A stretch of DNA of 64,000 bases from Terrimicrobiaceae bacterium (GTDB taxonomy: Bacteria; Verrucomicrobiota; Verrucomicrobiia; Chthoniobacterales; Terrimicrobiaceae), in the NCBI GenBank assembly GCA_041749815.1, contig JBGTAR010000117.1:5559-69558 (forward strand), written 5' to 3'. The notes beneath the pieces are model-generated. The model was not told where the DNA came from. It was given only the letters and a program-made list of their open reading frames with translations, and made no database searches. The position numbers were made by a program, and so were the translations under genes. Positions 9,525 to 17,550 of this stretch are shown piece by piece (within the stretch, counting starts at the first letter, position 1; each line of letters starts with the position of its first letter).

Positions 9525-10781
9525 TTGGCCTGGATTGTTGCTGCAGGGACATCGGCGTTGGGGAGCAAATTGATGAGTCCACTGCGCAAGCATTTTGCTT
9601 CCGCATTGATCGGGGTATTGCGTCAGCCTAGTGGATTTTTGCAGCACCCCTTTTTGGTTCCGGGCGGGTTGTATGGGGATGAGCAATGGGATTGGGACAG
9701 TTACTGGATGGTTCGAGGATACCTCAAGCTGCTGAAGGGGGCTGACGTCCTGCCGACTTTTCTGGATCACGCTCGGGGAACCTGGATCAATTTCTTTAAA
9801 AACCAGTCGGAAAACGGATCCGTACCGATCATGTCGAAGAGCAACAATCCGGATTTCTTCCGTTGCTGCACGCCCAGCGATAGCGAGAAGAACCAAGCCA
9901 AGCCGGTGTTTGGGATGCTTGCGTTGGAGGTGTCACAAGCGAGTGGATCCTTCGAGTGGGTCAGGCCCTATTTTGACCAACTGCTGTTTTACTACGCGCG
10001 TTGGTCGGGCCATTATCGTTCGGGATGCGGGCTATTGGTATGGGGATCCGATATAGCGATCGGGGTGGACTGCGATCCGACGACCTATGGGCGACCGGAT
10101 TTTTCTTCCGCCAACTTGCTGCTGAATTGTTTCTTCTACAAAGACCTGCTCGCAGCAGCAGAGATTGCCGAGAGCCTTGGCCGGGGTGCGGATTCCGAAC
10201 GGCTCCTTTGTGAAGCTGCGGTGACCCGGGCGGCGCTGCAGAGGGAATGCTGGGACGACATTGATGCCTTCTATTATACCGTTGATGTGCACTGTGTGGA
10301 TCGGCGCCATGTTCAGTATCCGACACTCAAAAAGGGGATGGACATGTCGTGGAGGACCATTCCTCTCAAGACAAAAATGTTCACCGGTTTTCTTCCCCTC
10401 TGGTGCGGTATTGCGACATCCGAGCAAGCGAGGTTACTGGTGGAGAGGCATTTGCGCAATGAGCAGGAGTTCGCCGCGCCGAAGGGAATCCGGACCATGG
10501 CAATGACCGAGCGCATGTACGACGCGACGACAGATTCCGCCAATCCCAGCAACTGGCTGGGTCCTGTGTGGGTGGTGGCCAACTACATGGTCTATGAAGG
10601 ACTCCGCGGCTACGGATTCGATAACGATGCCAACGACTTGGCCCGGAAGACTCGCGACCTCCTCACCGACGATCTCGAGAAGACCGGCACCCTACACGAG
10701 AACTATCACCCGGAAAACGGTGCACCGAATTTTAACGCGGACTTCCTGAGTTGGAATGTGTTGGCTGCCATTATGGATTGA
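9525..10781 (+). CDS. GH63-like / MGH1-like six-hairpin glycoside hydrolase, cytoplasmic
   Basis: DEQWDWDSYWM, LLVWGSD...GVDCDPT, GPVWVVANYMVYEGLRGYG and GTLHENYHPENG resemble (alpha/alpha)6 GH63/GH37-type enzymes. The start is uncertain (alternative MSPLRK at 9573). Confidence 0.6.
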   Translation: MAWIVAAGTSALGSKLMSPLRKHFASALIGVLRQPSGFLQHPFLVPGGLYGDEQWDWDSYWMVRGYLKLLKGADVLPTFLDHARGTWINFFKNQSENGSVPIMSKSNNPDFFRCCTPSDSEKNQAKPVFGMLALEVSQASGSFEWVRPYFDQLLFYYARWSGHYRSGCGLLVWGSDIAIGVDCDPTTYGRPDFSSANLLLNCFFYKDLLAAAEIAESLGRGADSERLLCEAAVTRAALQRECWDDIDAFYYTVDVHCVDRRHVQYPTLKKGMDMSWRTIPLKTKMFTGFLPLWCGIATSEQARLLVERHLRNEQEFAAPKGIRTMAMTERMYDATTDSANPSNWLGPVWVVANYMVYEGLRGYGFDNDANDLARKTRDLLTDDLEKTGTLHENYHPENGAPNFNADFLSWNVLAAIMD

Positions 10782-11105
10782 GCCATGATCCCGTATCTCA
10801 AATGAAATCTCGCCCAGAGGTGCCAGGACGCAGAGAAGAGGAGGCTATGATAAATTGAGCAAACATCTCACAGGAGACCGGTGATTTCGTTCCTACTCTC
10901 TGCGACTTGTAGGGAGTTTTTCTTCTTCTATTTTCCTTTTTAGCTCTCCTAAAATCCGAAGCCTACGACGAGCGGAGTCTGCAATTTACGCCACGATTTA
11001 CTCTAGCAAGCAGTCCAGTGTTGTTCCTTTGAGGATTTCAATTTTGAAAGGGCGCTACAATTCGGAAGAATAAATCATTGATTTAATGTTTTAATTTCTT
11101 TATTC

Positions 11106-14100
11106 ATGCATCTTTCACCCTCCAACCCCACCCCCCACACAATGAATCCTCCCCTCACGGCTTCAACGCTAATAAAATTAAAGAATAATTCGCTGGATTT
11201 TATTTTTAAGTCCGTACGAACACTATCTACCACCCTTTTTCTAGGTTGGTTGCTATCCGATCCCTGCCAGGCGAAAATATTGGTGAAAACCAATTTTGAC
11301 GATGGGTTCGGGACAGGTTCTCTGGCTGAGCAACCGGCAATTCTAGGCAACCCGAATGATGCCGGATTTAGCGGGGCGTTCACCTATGCGCCGTGCTCGG
11401 CCGATGTGAGCGCGGGCAAACATCTCGCGGTATCCAGCGGCGTGAATTTGACGTACAACGTTTCCGGAGGCGGCACCATTGTTGGAGGCACGAACGCGGT
11501 GAGTTTTACGACATCGTGTTTCTCCGATTCCACGACAGCGACCCGTCTGCTGCCGACCGCGATCACCGGCCAGGACGTCTACGTTTCGATTGTCCTGGAC
11601 CCCATCGCGGCGGGTCAGTCAGCTACGACGGACCTTTTGTTCACGCTCGGAAGCCCTTCGATCTACTCGCCGTTTATAGGGATTTATAATAGCAAAGCTG
11701 GTGCGGGGTTCTTCGGGGCCTACGGGGCGAGTGCCTCGTCCACCACGCCCATGACCTCCAGCAGCGGCCCGCATTTGTTGGTGGCTCGTTTCGTGTGGAA
11801 TAGCAACATCAACAAATACGATTCCGTGCAGTTCTGGTTGAACCCGACAGCGGGAGCGTCCGCCACCCCCACCTCAAGCGTCACCGATACGGCCCATGCG
11901 TTTGCCAGCTTCAATGCGATGGGATTGTATGCCACCAATATGACGACCAATAGCGAGTACGCATTTGATTCCCTCGTGATCGGCACAACCTGGAACGATG
12001 TCATCCCGGTGGCGGGGGCGTCTGAAACGGACCCAACCGGCGGAGCAGTCATCAACTGGGAGAATCCCAATTGGGGAGGGTATCCCACCGGCCCCACCCT
12101 ATGCAGCGAAGCCTTTAGCCAAGCGGGGAAAGCGACCATGACTGCCGCCCAAGGAGCAACCGTTCTGGACTTCGAGCAAACATCCGGATTTCAGGCAAGC
12201 CCATATCAACTGGGTGCAACCGGAGCTCTGAACCCGGTGCCGACCCTGTCCACCAACAAGGCATTGACGGCAGTCACAACCCCGAGTGGCACTGCCAAGA
12301 TGGAATGGCGCAGCTACAATATGACCAATGATATCCTGAGCGCGCCCGATGCGACCCAGGGGATCTATTTGGCTAAGGATCGCGCCAGCGGCAGCGCCAC
12401 GATGGTTTCTGGCTCGCAGGGGATCACGGCGAGCGTGCTCGCTGGAGTCAACGCCGGGACGTATCTTACTTTCGACAAGGACATCTCCAAGTTCAGCGTC
12501 GTAATCAATAGCAATGCTGAAGACTACCAGCCTCTTGTCGTGCTCTTCGACGCAAGTGGTGTGGCGATTCGAAAGTACTTTTTCGGTGGTGTGGGTAAGG
12601 GATTATCCACCTATTTCGGGATCATATCTCCGAGCTCCCTCATTCGCAGCGTTTGGATTGGCCAAAATGGAACCAACGCAGGATTAGTTCTCGATGATAT
12701 CGCCTTTGTTCCGGGACTAGCGCCATCACCAGTTCAGACATTCTCCTTCGCAAATGGCGCTGCAGGATGGAGCTCCACGAGCGGAACGGTTATCGGAGCC
12801 AATTCCACCTACACCTCGCTGCAGGGCCCGAGCGGCCCGAGCGACGCGAAACTCTACCGCTCCATTACCTTGAATGCTGGCACCTATGAAATCAAAGGCA
12901 CAGGGAATGGGGTATCAACCTGCGTCTGGGTCTCGCCCCTATTCGATCTTTCCTACTTCATCGGTGCGCTCAACTTGACGCAAAGCAGCACATGGAGAAC
13001 TGACCACCAGCGATTTAAGGTGTCGCAATCGGGGACCTATTTGTTGGTGATTCCGGCGGGGGCTGCTCCGGGCTATAACAACATACAGGCGGTGACTATT
13101 TCACCGGTGACGCCGACGCCCTACAGTTATGATACGGGAGCGATGGCCACTCAACGCGCGGCGCTTGGAGTTTCCCGTGGAGTGCAATGCCTTCAACAGT
13201 GGGAGCCGCTCGGTGCGCCGTTCTTTGCAGATCTGAAAAATACGTGGAAATGCAATGTGGTTCGTTATAATCTTAGGATGGATGGTACGCCAGCTACTCT
13301 GGCGGCGAGTCTGGCCAGAGCGAAAGTCGATATGGACTCGGCTCCGGCGGGACTCAAATTTGCGATTGCGCTAGCGGGGCCGCTGAATAACCTCCCGGCA
13401 AATATCGATTATTCCTCGCACGCCTATTGGAGTCGTGCTGATTTGAATGAGGCTTACTGTGAGACGTTGAAGATGGTCGTCAGCACTTTGGCCCCGACGC
13501 ATTCGGCAAGAATCTGGGGCTATGATATTTGGAATGAGCCGCATGATGTTGACCAGATGCCCAACCCGCCACGCGAGTGGTGGCCGATAGCGGTCAATGT
13601 TCTACGAACCATCCGGTCGATTGATCCATACGCGTGGGTGATCTACGAAACTGGTCCCGGCGGCCAGTTCAGCGGTTTTTACGATCTTTCTCCACTGCCG
13701 GACACTGCCAACCGTATTATCTACTCTGCCCATTTCTATGAGCCAATGCCCTTTACTCATCAAGGAGTGTATTCCTCCTTGGCCGACTTGAATTGGCCAA
13801 ACGCCAACGATCCACTAAGCAACTACTCTTCAACGACAACGAATCTCGCTGCTTGGCTGGCTCCCGTGGACGATTTTCTAGCCAGCTGGCCCGTGCCGAT
13901 CTACGTGGGAGAATTCAGCGTCGTCCGCTGGGCCCCGAAGGCCGACGCCATCGCCTGGATGCGGGATGCTGTCGCGCTGTTCGAAGCGCGCGGATGGTCC
14001 TGGACCTATTTTGCCTGGCAGTCGTGGAATGGTTGGCGGTTGGACATGGATAATGTCTACGGCAAAGAACATTTTGGCCCGTTTAATGCGCCTATGACCA

Positions 14101-14183
14101 CTGTCCCCTATCTGCCCCCTGGAGACACCGACTCCCGCGGCAAGGTAATTTTCGACGCACTAAACAACCCGCCCACACCGTAA
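11106..14183 (+). CDS. Secreted multidomain GH5 glycoside hydrolase (LamG-like N domain + unknown domain X + CBM-like + GH5)
   Basis: Signal-like N-terminus. The C-terminal GH5 catalytic motifs are IWNEPHD (acid/base) and PIYVGEFSVVRWAP (nucleophile), plus YSAHFYEP. The start may be MNPP at 11142. Confidence 0.8.
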   Translation: MHLSPSNPTPHTMNPPLTASTLIKLKNNSLDFIFKSVRTLSTTLFLGWLLSDPCQAKILVKTNFDDGFGTGSLAEQPAILGNPNDAGFSGAFTYAPCSADVSAGKHLAVSSGVNLTYNVSGGGTIVGGTNAVSFTTSCFSDSTTATRLLPTAITGQDVYVSIVLDPIAAGQSATTDLLFTLGSPSIYSPFIGIYNSKAGAGFFGAYGASASSTTPMTSSSGPHLLVARFVWNSNINKYDSVQFWLNPTAGASATPTSSVTDTAHAFASFNAMGLYATNMTTNSEYAFDSLVIGTTWNDVIPVAGASETDPTGGAVINWENPNWGGYPTGPTLCSEAFSQAGKATMTAAQGATVLDFEQTSGFQASPYQLGATGALNPVPTLSTNKALTAVTTPSGTAKMEWRSYNMTNDILSAPDATQGIYLAKDRASGSATMVSGSQGITASVLAGVNAGTYLTFDKDISKFSVVINSNAEDYQPLVVLFDASGVAIRKYFFGGVGKGLSTYFGIISPSSLIRSVWIGQNGTNAGLVLDDIAFVPGLAPSPVQTFSFANGAAGWSSTSGTVIGANSTYTSLQGPSGPSDAKLYRSITLNAGTYEIKGTGNGVSTCVWVSPLFDLSYFIGALNLTQSSTWRTDHQRFKVSQSGTYLLVIPAGAAPGYNNIQAVTISPVTPTPYSYDTGAMATQRAALGVSRGVQCLQQWEPLGAPFFADLKNTWKCNVVRYNLRMDGTPATLAASLARAKVDMDSAPAGLKFAIALAGPLNNLPANIDYSSHAYWSRADLNEAYCETLKMVVSTLAPTHSARIWGYDIWNEPHDVDQMPNPPREWWPIAVNVLRTIRSIDPYAWVIYETGPGGQFSGFYDLSPLPDTANRIIYSAHFYEPMPFTHQGVYSSLADLNWPNANDPLSNYSSTTTNLAAWLAPVDDFLASWPVPIYVGEFSVVRWAPKADAIAWMRDAVALFEARGWSWTYFAWQSWNGWRLDMDNVYGKEHFGPFNAPMTTVPYLPPGDTDSRGKVIFDALNNPPTP

Positions 14184-14311
14184 TGGGAGCCTGTCACTGC
14201 CGCTTGGCAGGCAAAAATATTCCAAGAGAGCCGTTGCGGGAAAGCTGAGGCCCACTATGTGGGCTGTGCTCTGTTGACGACTGGCTTGGTTGGACTGTTC
14301 CCAGCCGGTGA

Positions 14312-15082
14312 TCACTCCCGTTTCGTGGCTTCCAGGAAGCCTTTCAGCAGCTCTTTAGCATATCCTGCATGCCCGGCATCATTCGGATGCCATTTCACGC
14401 CTGGGCTTCCGCCTGTTCCGCTGCAGGCCGGGTCGAGCGCGTATTGTTCCACCGAAGCAAAGGAAATGTTCATTTCCTGGCAAACCCGGGACTGGATGGT
14501 GTCGATCAGGGCGGTGCGATCCGAGTAGCTTTTCTGTCCCAATTGGGGATTCCAGACTCCAGTGGCGATGATGATTGGGGGGGGAGTAAGTTGCTGTAGC
14601 GCAGATAGGAGAGCGGCATAATCTTTCTCGATCTTCTCCGCGCTGTCCTCTGGATCGACGTGTTCCCCGAGCTGCACAACCACAAGGGAGGGCTGGAATC
14701 TGATCGCGTCCGAGAGTCCCGCCAGAGCAGATCGGGGATCCCCGCCTTTACCAAAAAAGAGTCGGACGGGCTTTCCGTCCACCCGTGATCCGACCGCATC
14801 GGCCAGCAAATGCGCGTAGTCCTTGTCTTGGCTGCTGGCAGCCATCCCGGCAGTGTGGCCCCATTTTAAGCGTTCGACGGTATCCTCATTGAAGCCGTGC
14901 ATGGTGATGCTGTCTCCTATGAAATAGATGCGGAACTCATTTTTCGACGGCACAAAATCGTCCAAACTGCCATGAACCTCCATCTGGGAAAGCTCCTTGC
15001 TGCCGATGTCCAGCGAGTCCTGGGCCGGGAGACCGCCTGGAAGGATCAGGAGCGCTGTGGCCGCCATGAGGTTGGGTTTCAT
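14312..15082 (-). CDS. Secreted SGNH/GDSL-family esterase
   Basis: I place the start at MKPNLMAATALL (15082), which forms an ATGA overlap with the upstream gene. Block I is FIGDSITMHG and block V is HPNDAGH. The longer ORF to 15226 has no support. Confidence 0.75.
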   Translation of the reverse strand: MKPNLMAATALLILPGGLPAQDSLDIGSKELSQMEVHGSLDDFVPSKNEFRIYFIGDSITMHGFNEDTVERLKWGHTAGMAASSQDKDYAHLLADAVGSRVDGKPVRLFFGKGGDPRSALAGLSDAIRFQPSLVVVQLGEHVDPEDSAEKIEKDYAALLSALQQLTPPPIIIATGVWNPQLGQKSYSDRTALIDTIQSRVCQEMNISFASVEQYALDPACSGTGGSPGVKWHPNDAGHAGYAKELLKGFLEATKRE

Positions 15083-15774
15083 TCGATCGTAACGGAGAAA
15101 TCCTGGACGCTTCTGGCGTTTGTGGATTCCCCGAAAGACGAGAAACCTGCACTGCTCAGATTTGGGGTGAAGCCAAAAGTTGTTAGGCTCGTTGGGTTGA
15201 GGACCATCCGCTCGTTGATGATGCAACTCAGCGTGTTGTCTTTTTTGTCATAGATTAAAGTGATCGAATTCATTTCCGATTCATTAAAGTTGGGGAGGCG
15301 CGTGCCGGAGGTCACCGCGTCTTGGGCCCTGGCGAGATATACTTCATAGCCACCATCGCCATTGAGCAGGAGGAACATGCCCTCGGGCCATGTGTTGTCG
15401 AGACCGGTTTCGGGTTTTCCGATGCCAACGGCGATCCACCCGCCCGGCGTCGGCTGCACGCTGGCCTGGACCTCGATCACGTTCCCTTCCGAAGGCAGTT
15501 CGACGGCCGCCAAGGTTTGTCCCTTTGCTGCGAATGTGGCATAGGAATCGCCCTTGGTTCCTGCGAACTGAACCGTGTTGGCTTTGCAGATCCAGCTCAC
15601 ATCGCCTTGGGGCAGTTCGGTCCCGTCGATTGTTTCACCCGAAGTTCGATCTCCCCCCGAAAGGGAAAAGTCCTCTTTAATGAGGGTTTCGCATAGGGCA
15701 GATCCCCACGGGAGAGCTAACAGTGAAAGAGCGGCGAGGAGGGTGACATTGTGATGGCGGCGGCTGTTTTTCAT
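15079..15774 (-). CDS. Secreted hypothetical protein, concanavalin/LamG-like by sequence style
   Basis: Signal peptide MKNSRRHHNVTLLAALSLLALPWGSA. The mature N-terminus, TLIKEDF, resembles LVKTNFD/LVQSNFD of the two LamG-like modules in this window. No catalytic motif recognised. Confidence 0.6.
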   Translation of the reverse strand: MKNSRRHHNVTLLAALSLLALPWGSALCETLIKEDFSLSGGDRTSGETIDGTELPQGDVSWICKANTVQFAGTKGDSYATFAAKGQTLAAVELPSEGNVIEVQASVQPTPGGWIAVGIGKPETGLDNTWPEGMFLLLNGDGGYEVYLARAQDAVTSGTRLPNFNESEMNSITLIYDKKDNTLSCIINERMVLNPTSLTTFGFTPNLSSAGFSSFGESTNARSVQDFSVTIE

Positions 15775-15811
15775 GATGTTTTATTGAATAATATTTTTAT
15801 GATAGGGATAG

Positions 15812-16507
15812 TTATTGTGGGCCGTTCCCGTTCCAAAACGGATTTTCATTGCTCGGGCCGGGACTCATGGCGGGTGAGTCCTGTTTTTCGGAAGTTATAT
15901 GGCCATCGACCCAGAGGACATTTGCAGTCTTTCCGGGATGGCGGAACGAGACGACATGATCCCACCGCCCGAAGCTCGGTGGCCGAACGTAGGCCCGCCA
16001 TGCCAGGAATGATCCGTCGGGTTGACTCAGATTTTCACTGTCACAAAGAAGAACCGTCTGGCTTGGCTTGGCGACTTTGACATTCTTTGGCATCGCGCCG
16101 CCGTTGAGTTGCGGCCAGCTCAGGTAGTTGTAGTTGTATCCGTAACCAAACTGGTTCGGATTGGCCGGACAGACGAATACCGGCAGATCCTTGGCCGATG
16201 TGAATGGGGTGGTTTCCGTGCGTTCCAGATATGGGGCCAGGATGCCAGTGATTTGGTTGAGTTCGGTGGCTTCTGCATCCCCAAAAGCCCCCGGAACGAT
16301 GGCACCATCGTTGTCGGACGACCAGGCCTGTGCTGCGACATAAATTTGGCGCAAATTCGACATGCATTTCGCTGAGTGCGCAGCGGCCCGTCCGCGCCCG
16401 ACCATGGGAAATGTCAATGCGGCGAGAATCCCGATGATGGCGACGACCACCAGCAGTTCGATAAGCGTGAAAGCCAGGCGATTTCGGGGTTGTCGGGTTG
16501 GGATCAT
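15812..16507 (-). CDS. Prepilin-type N-terminal cleavage/methylation protein (H-X9-DG-like pseudopilin family)
   Basis: [20 protein letters not shown] class III signal and a C-terminal [14 protein letters not shown] motif. ATGA overlap with the upstream GH29 gene. Confidence 0.85.
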   Translation of the reverse strand: MIPTRQPRNRLAFTLIELLVVVAIIGILAALTFPMVGRGRAAAHSAKCMSNLRQIYVAAQAWSSDNDGAIVPGAFGDAEATELNQITGILAPYLERTETTPFTSAKDLPVFVCPANPNQFGYGYNYNYLSWPQLNGGAMPKNVKVAKPSQTVLLCDSENLSQPDGSFLAWRAYVRPPSFGRWDHVVSFRHPGKTANVLWVDGHITSEKQDSPAMSPGPSNENPFWNGNGPQ

Positions 16508-17541
16508 GGATGCGTTTTGCGAAATGATTGCAGGTGATCGATATTGTGACGCAGACGTGCAAGAGCCTCTTGCATCTGCCGGGGGATCAGTCCGTGTTTG
16601 TCAGGACCCACATCAAGAAGCAGGTTTGCTCCGCGGCTTCGCGTGACAAGATACATCCCGAGCAATTCATCGTCACTGCGAGGGCGGTCACCCTTCACAT
16701 GAAACCATTCCTTCCCGAGCGTGTCGCAGACTTCGTAGGGAAGATAGTAATCCTTTACGCCATCGATTTCACGCCATTTGTTGCAACCGGTGAGGCTGCC
16801 GGGAAGGCCCCGCTCGATGGTGATCACATCGGTCGGCCAGGTGTTGTTGGCGATGAATTTCGACCCATCTCCGTAGCCGTGATTCATTGTGATCACGGTA
16901 TCCGGCTGCCAGGCGGCAATTTGATGGTACAAGTCAGAGCGGTAGTCGCAGGGGAGGACGATGGGGATGTCGATCCAAACTTGGGCGATCTTTCCATATC
17001 CGGTCAGCAACTCCTCCAACTGGGCGGTTTGGAAATCCTGATACACGCGGGTCGTAAAGGCCTCGCGCATCCCGTCACACTGATCCATGCGTCCACCCAT
17101 GAGGTTGATATGATCCGTGGCGGTGAACGATCCGAATTTGTGTCGGTTGTCCCAGGAGCAATAATACAGCCCCGGAAGAACTCCTCGCTTTTCGCAGGCG
17201 GTGACAAACGCTTCCACGACATCCGTTTTATTTCCGCTGGTGCCGACATTGTAATCGGTCAGTCGCGACGGCCAAAGGCAATGCCCGCCAGAATGCTTTG
17301 CGGTGAGAACGGCATATTTCATCCCGGCGTCGCGCGCGATGCTGACCCACTGATCAACATCCAATTTGTCTGGAGCGTAGAGCGCGGAGGGCTTCGTTCC
17401 GCTGGCCTGCTCGGTTCCTTCGAACGTGCTCATCCCAAAATGGATGAACATTCCATAGCCGAGAGTTTCCCAGGACTGAAGTTTTTTAAGCGACAAGCGC
17501 TGATTTCCTGTGATGGCGGTTTTTTTCATGCGGGTGATCAA
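16504..17541 (-). CDS. GH29 alpha-L-fucosidase, short form, no signal peptide
   Basis: [41 protein letters not shown] and QVWIDIP. Collinear paralog of 2336-3340. Confidence 0.8.
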   Translation of the reverse strand: MITRMKKTAITGNQRLSLKKLQSWETLGYGMFIHFGMSTFEGTEQASGTKPSALYAPDKLDVDQWVSIARDAGMKYAVLTAKHSGGHCLWPSRLTDYNVGTSGNKTDVVEAFVTACEKRGVLPGLYYCSWDNRHKFGSFTATDHINLMGGRMDQCDGMREAFTTRVYQDFQTAQLEELLTGYGKIAQVWIDIPIVLPCDYRSDLYHQIAAWQPDTVITMNHGYGDGSKFIANNTWPTDVITIERGLPGSLTGCNKWREIDGVKDYYLPYEVCDTLGKEWFHVKGDRPRSDDELLGMYLVTRSRGANLLLDVGPDKHGLIPRQMQEALARLRHNIDHLQSFRKTHP

Positions 17542-17550
17542 TGAAGGCGC

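Noticed and set aside
14184-14311. Intrinsic terminators in the convergent gap between the 1,025-aa GH5 gene and the SGNH esterase gene (ctgcc-gctt-ggcag; gcccac-tat-gtgggc).
   Set aside because: The stems are only 5-6 bp and have no adjacent U-run on the appropriate strand. This is too weak to annotate.
15083-15226. Longer start for the SGNH esterase ORF (MHHQRADG...).
   Set aside because: It would overlap the upstream gene by 148 nt and place 48 non-hydrophobic residues before the signal peptide. The ATGA-coupled MKPNLM start is far more plausible.
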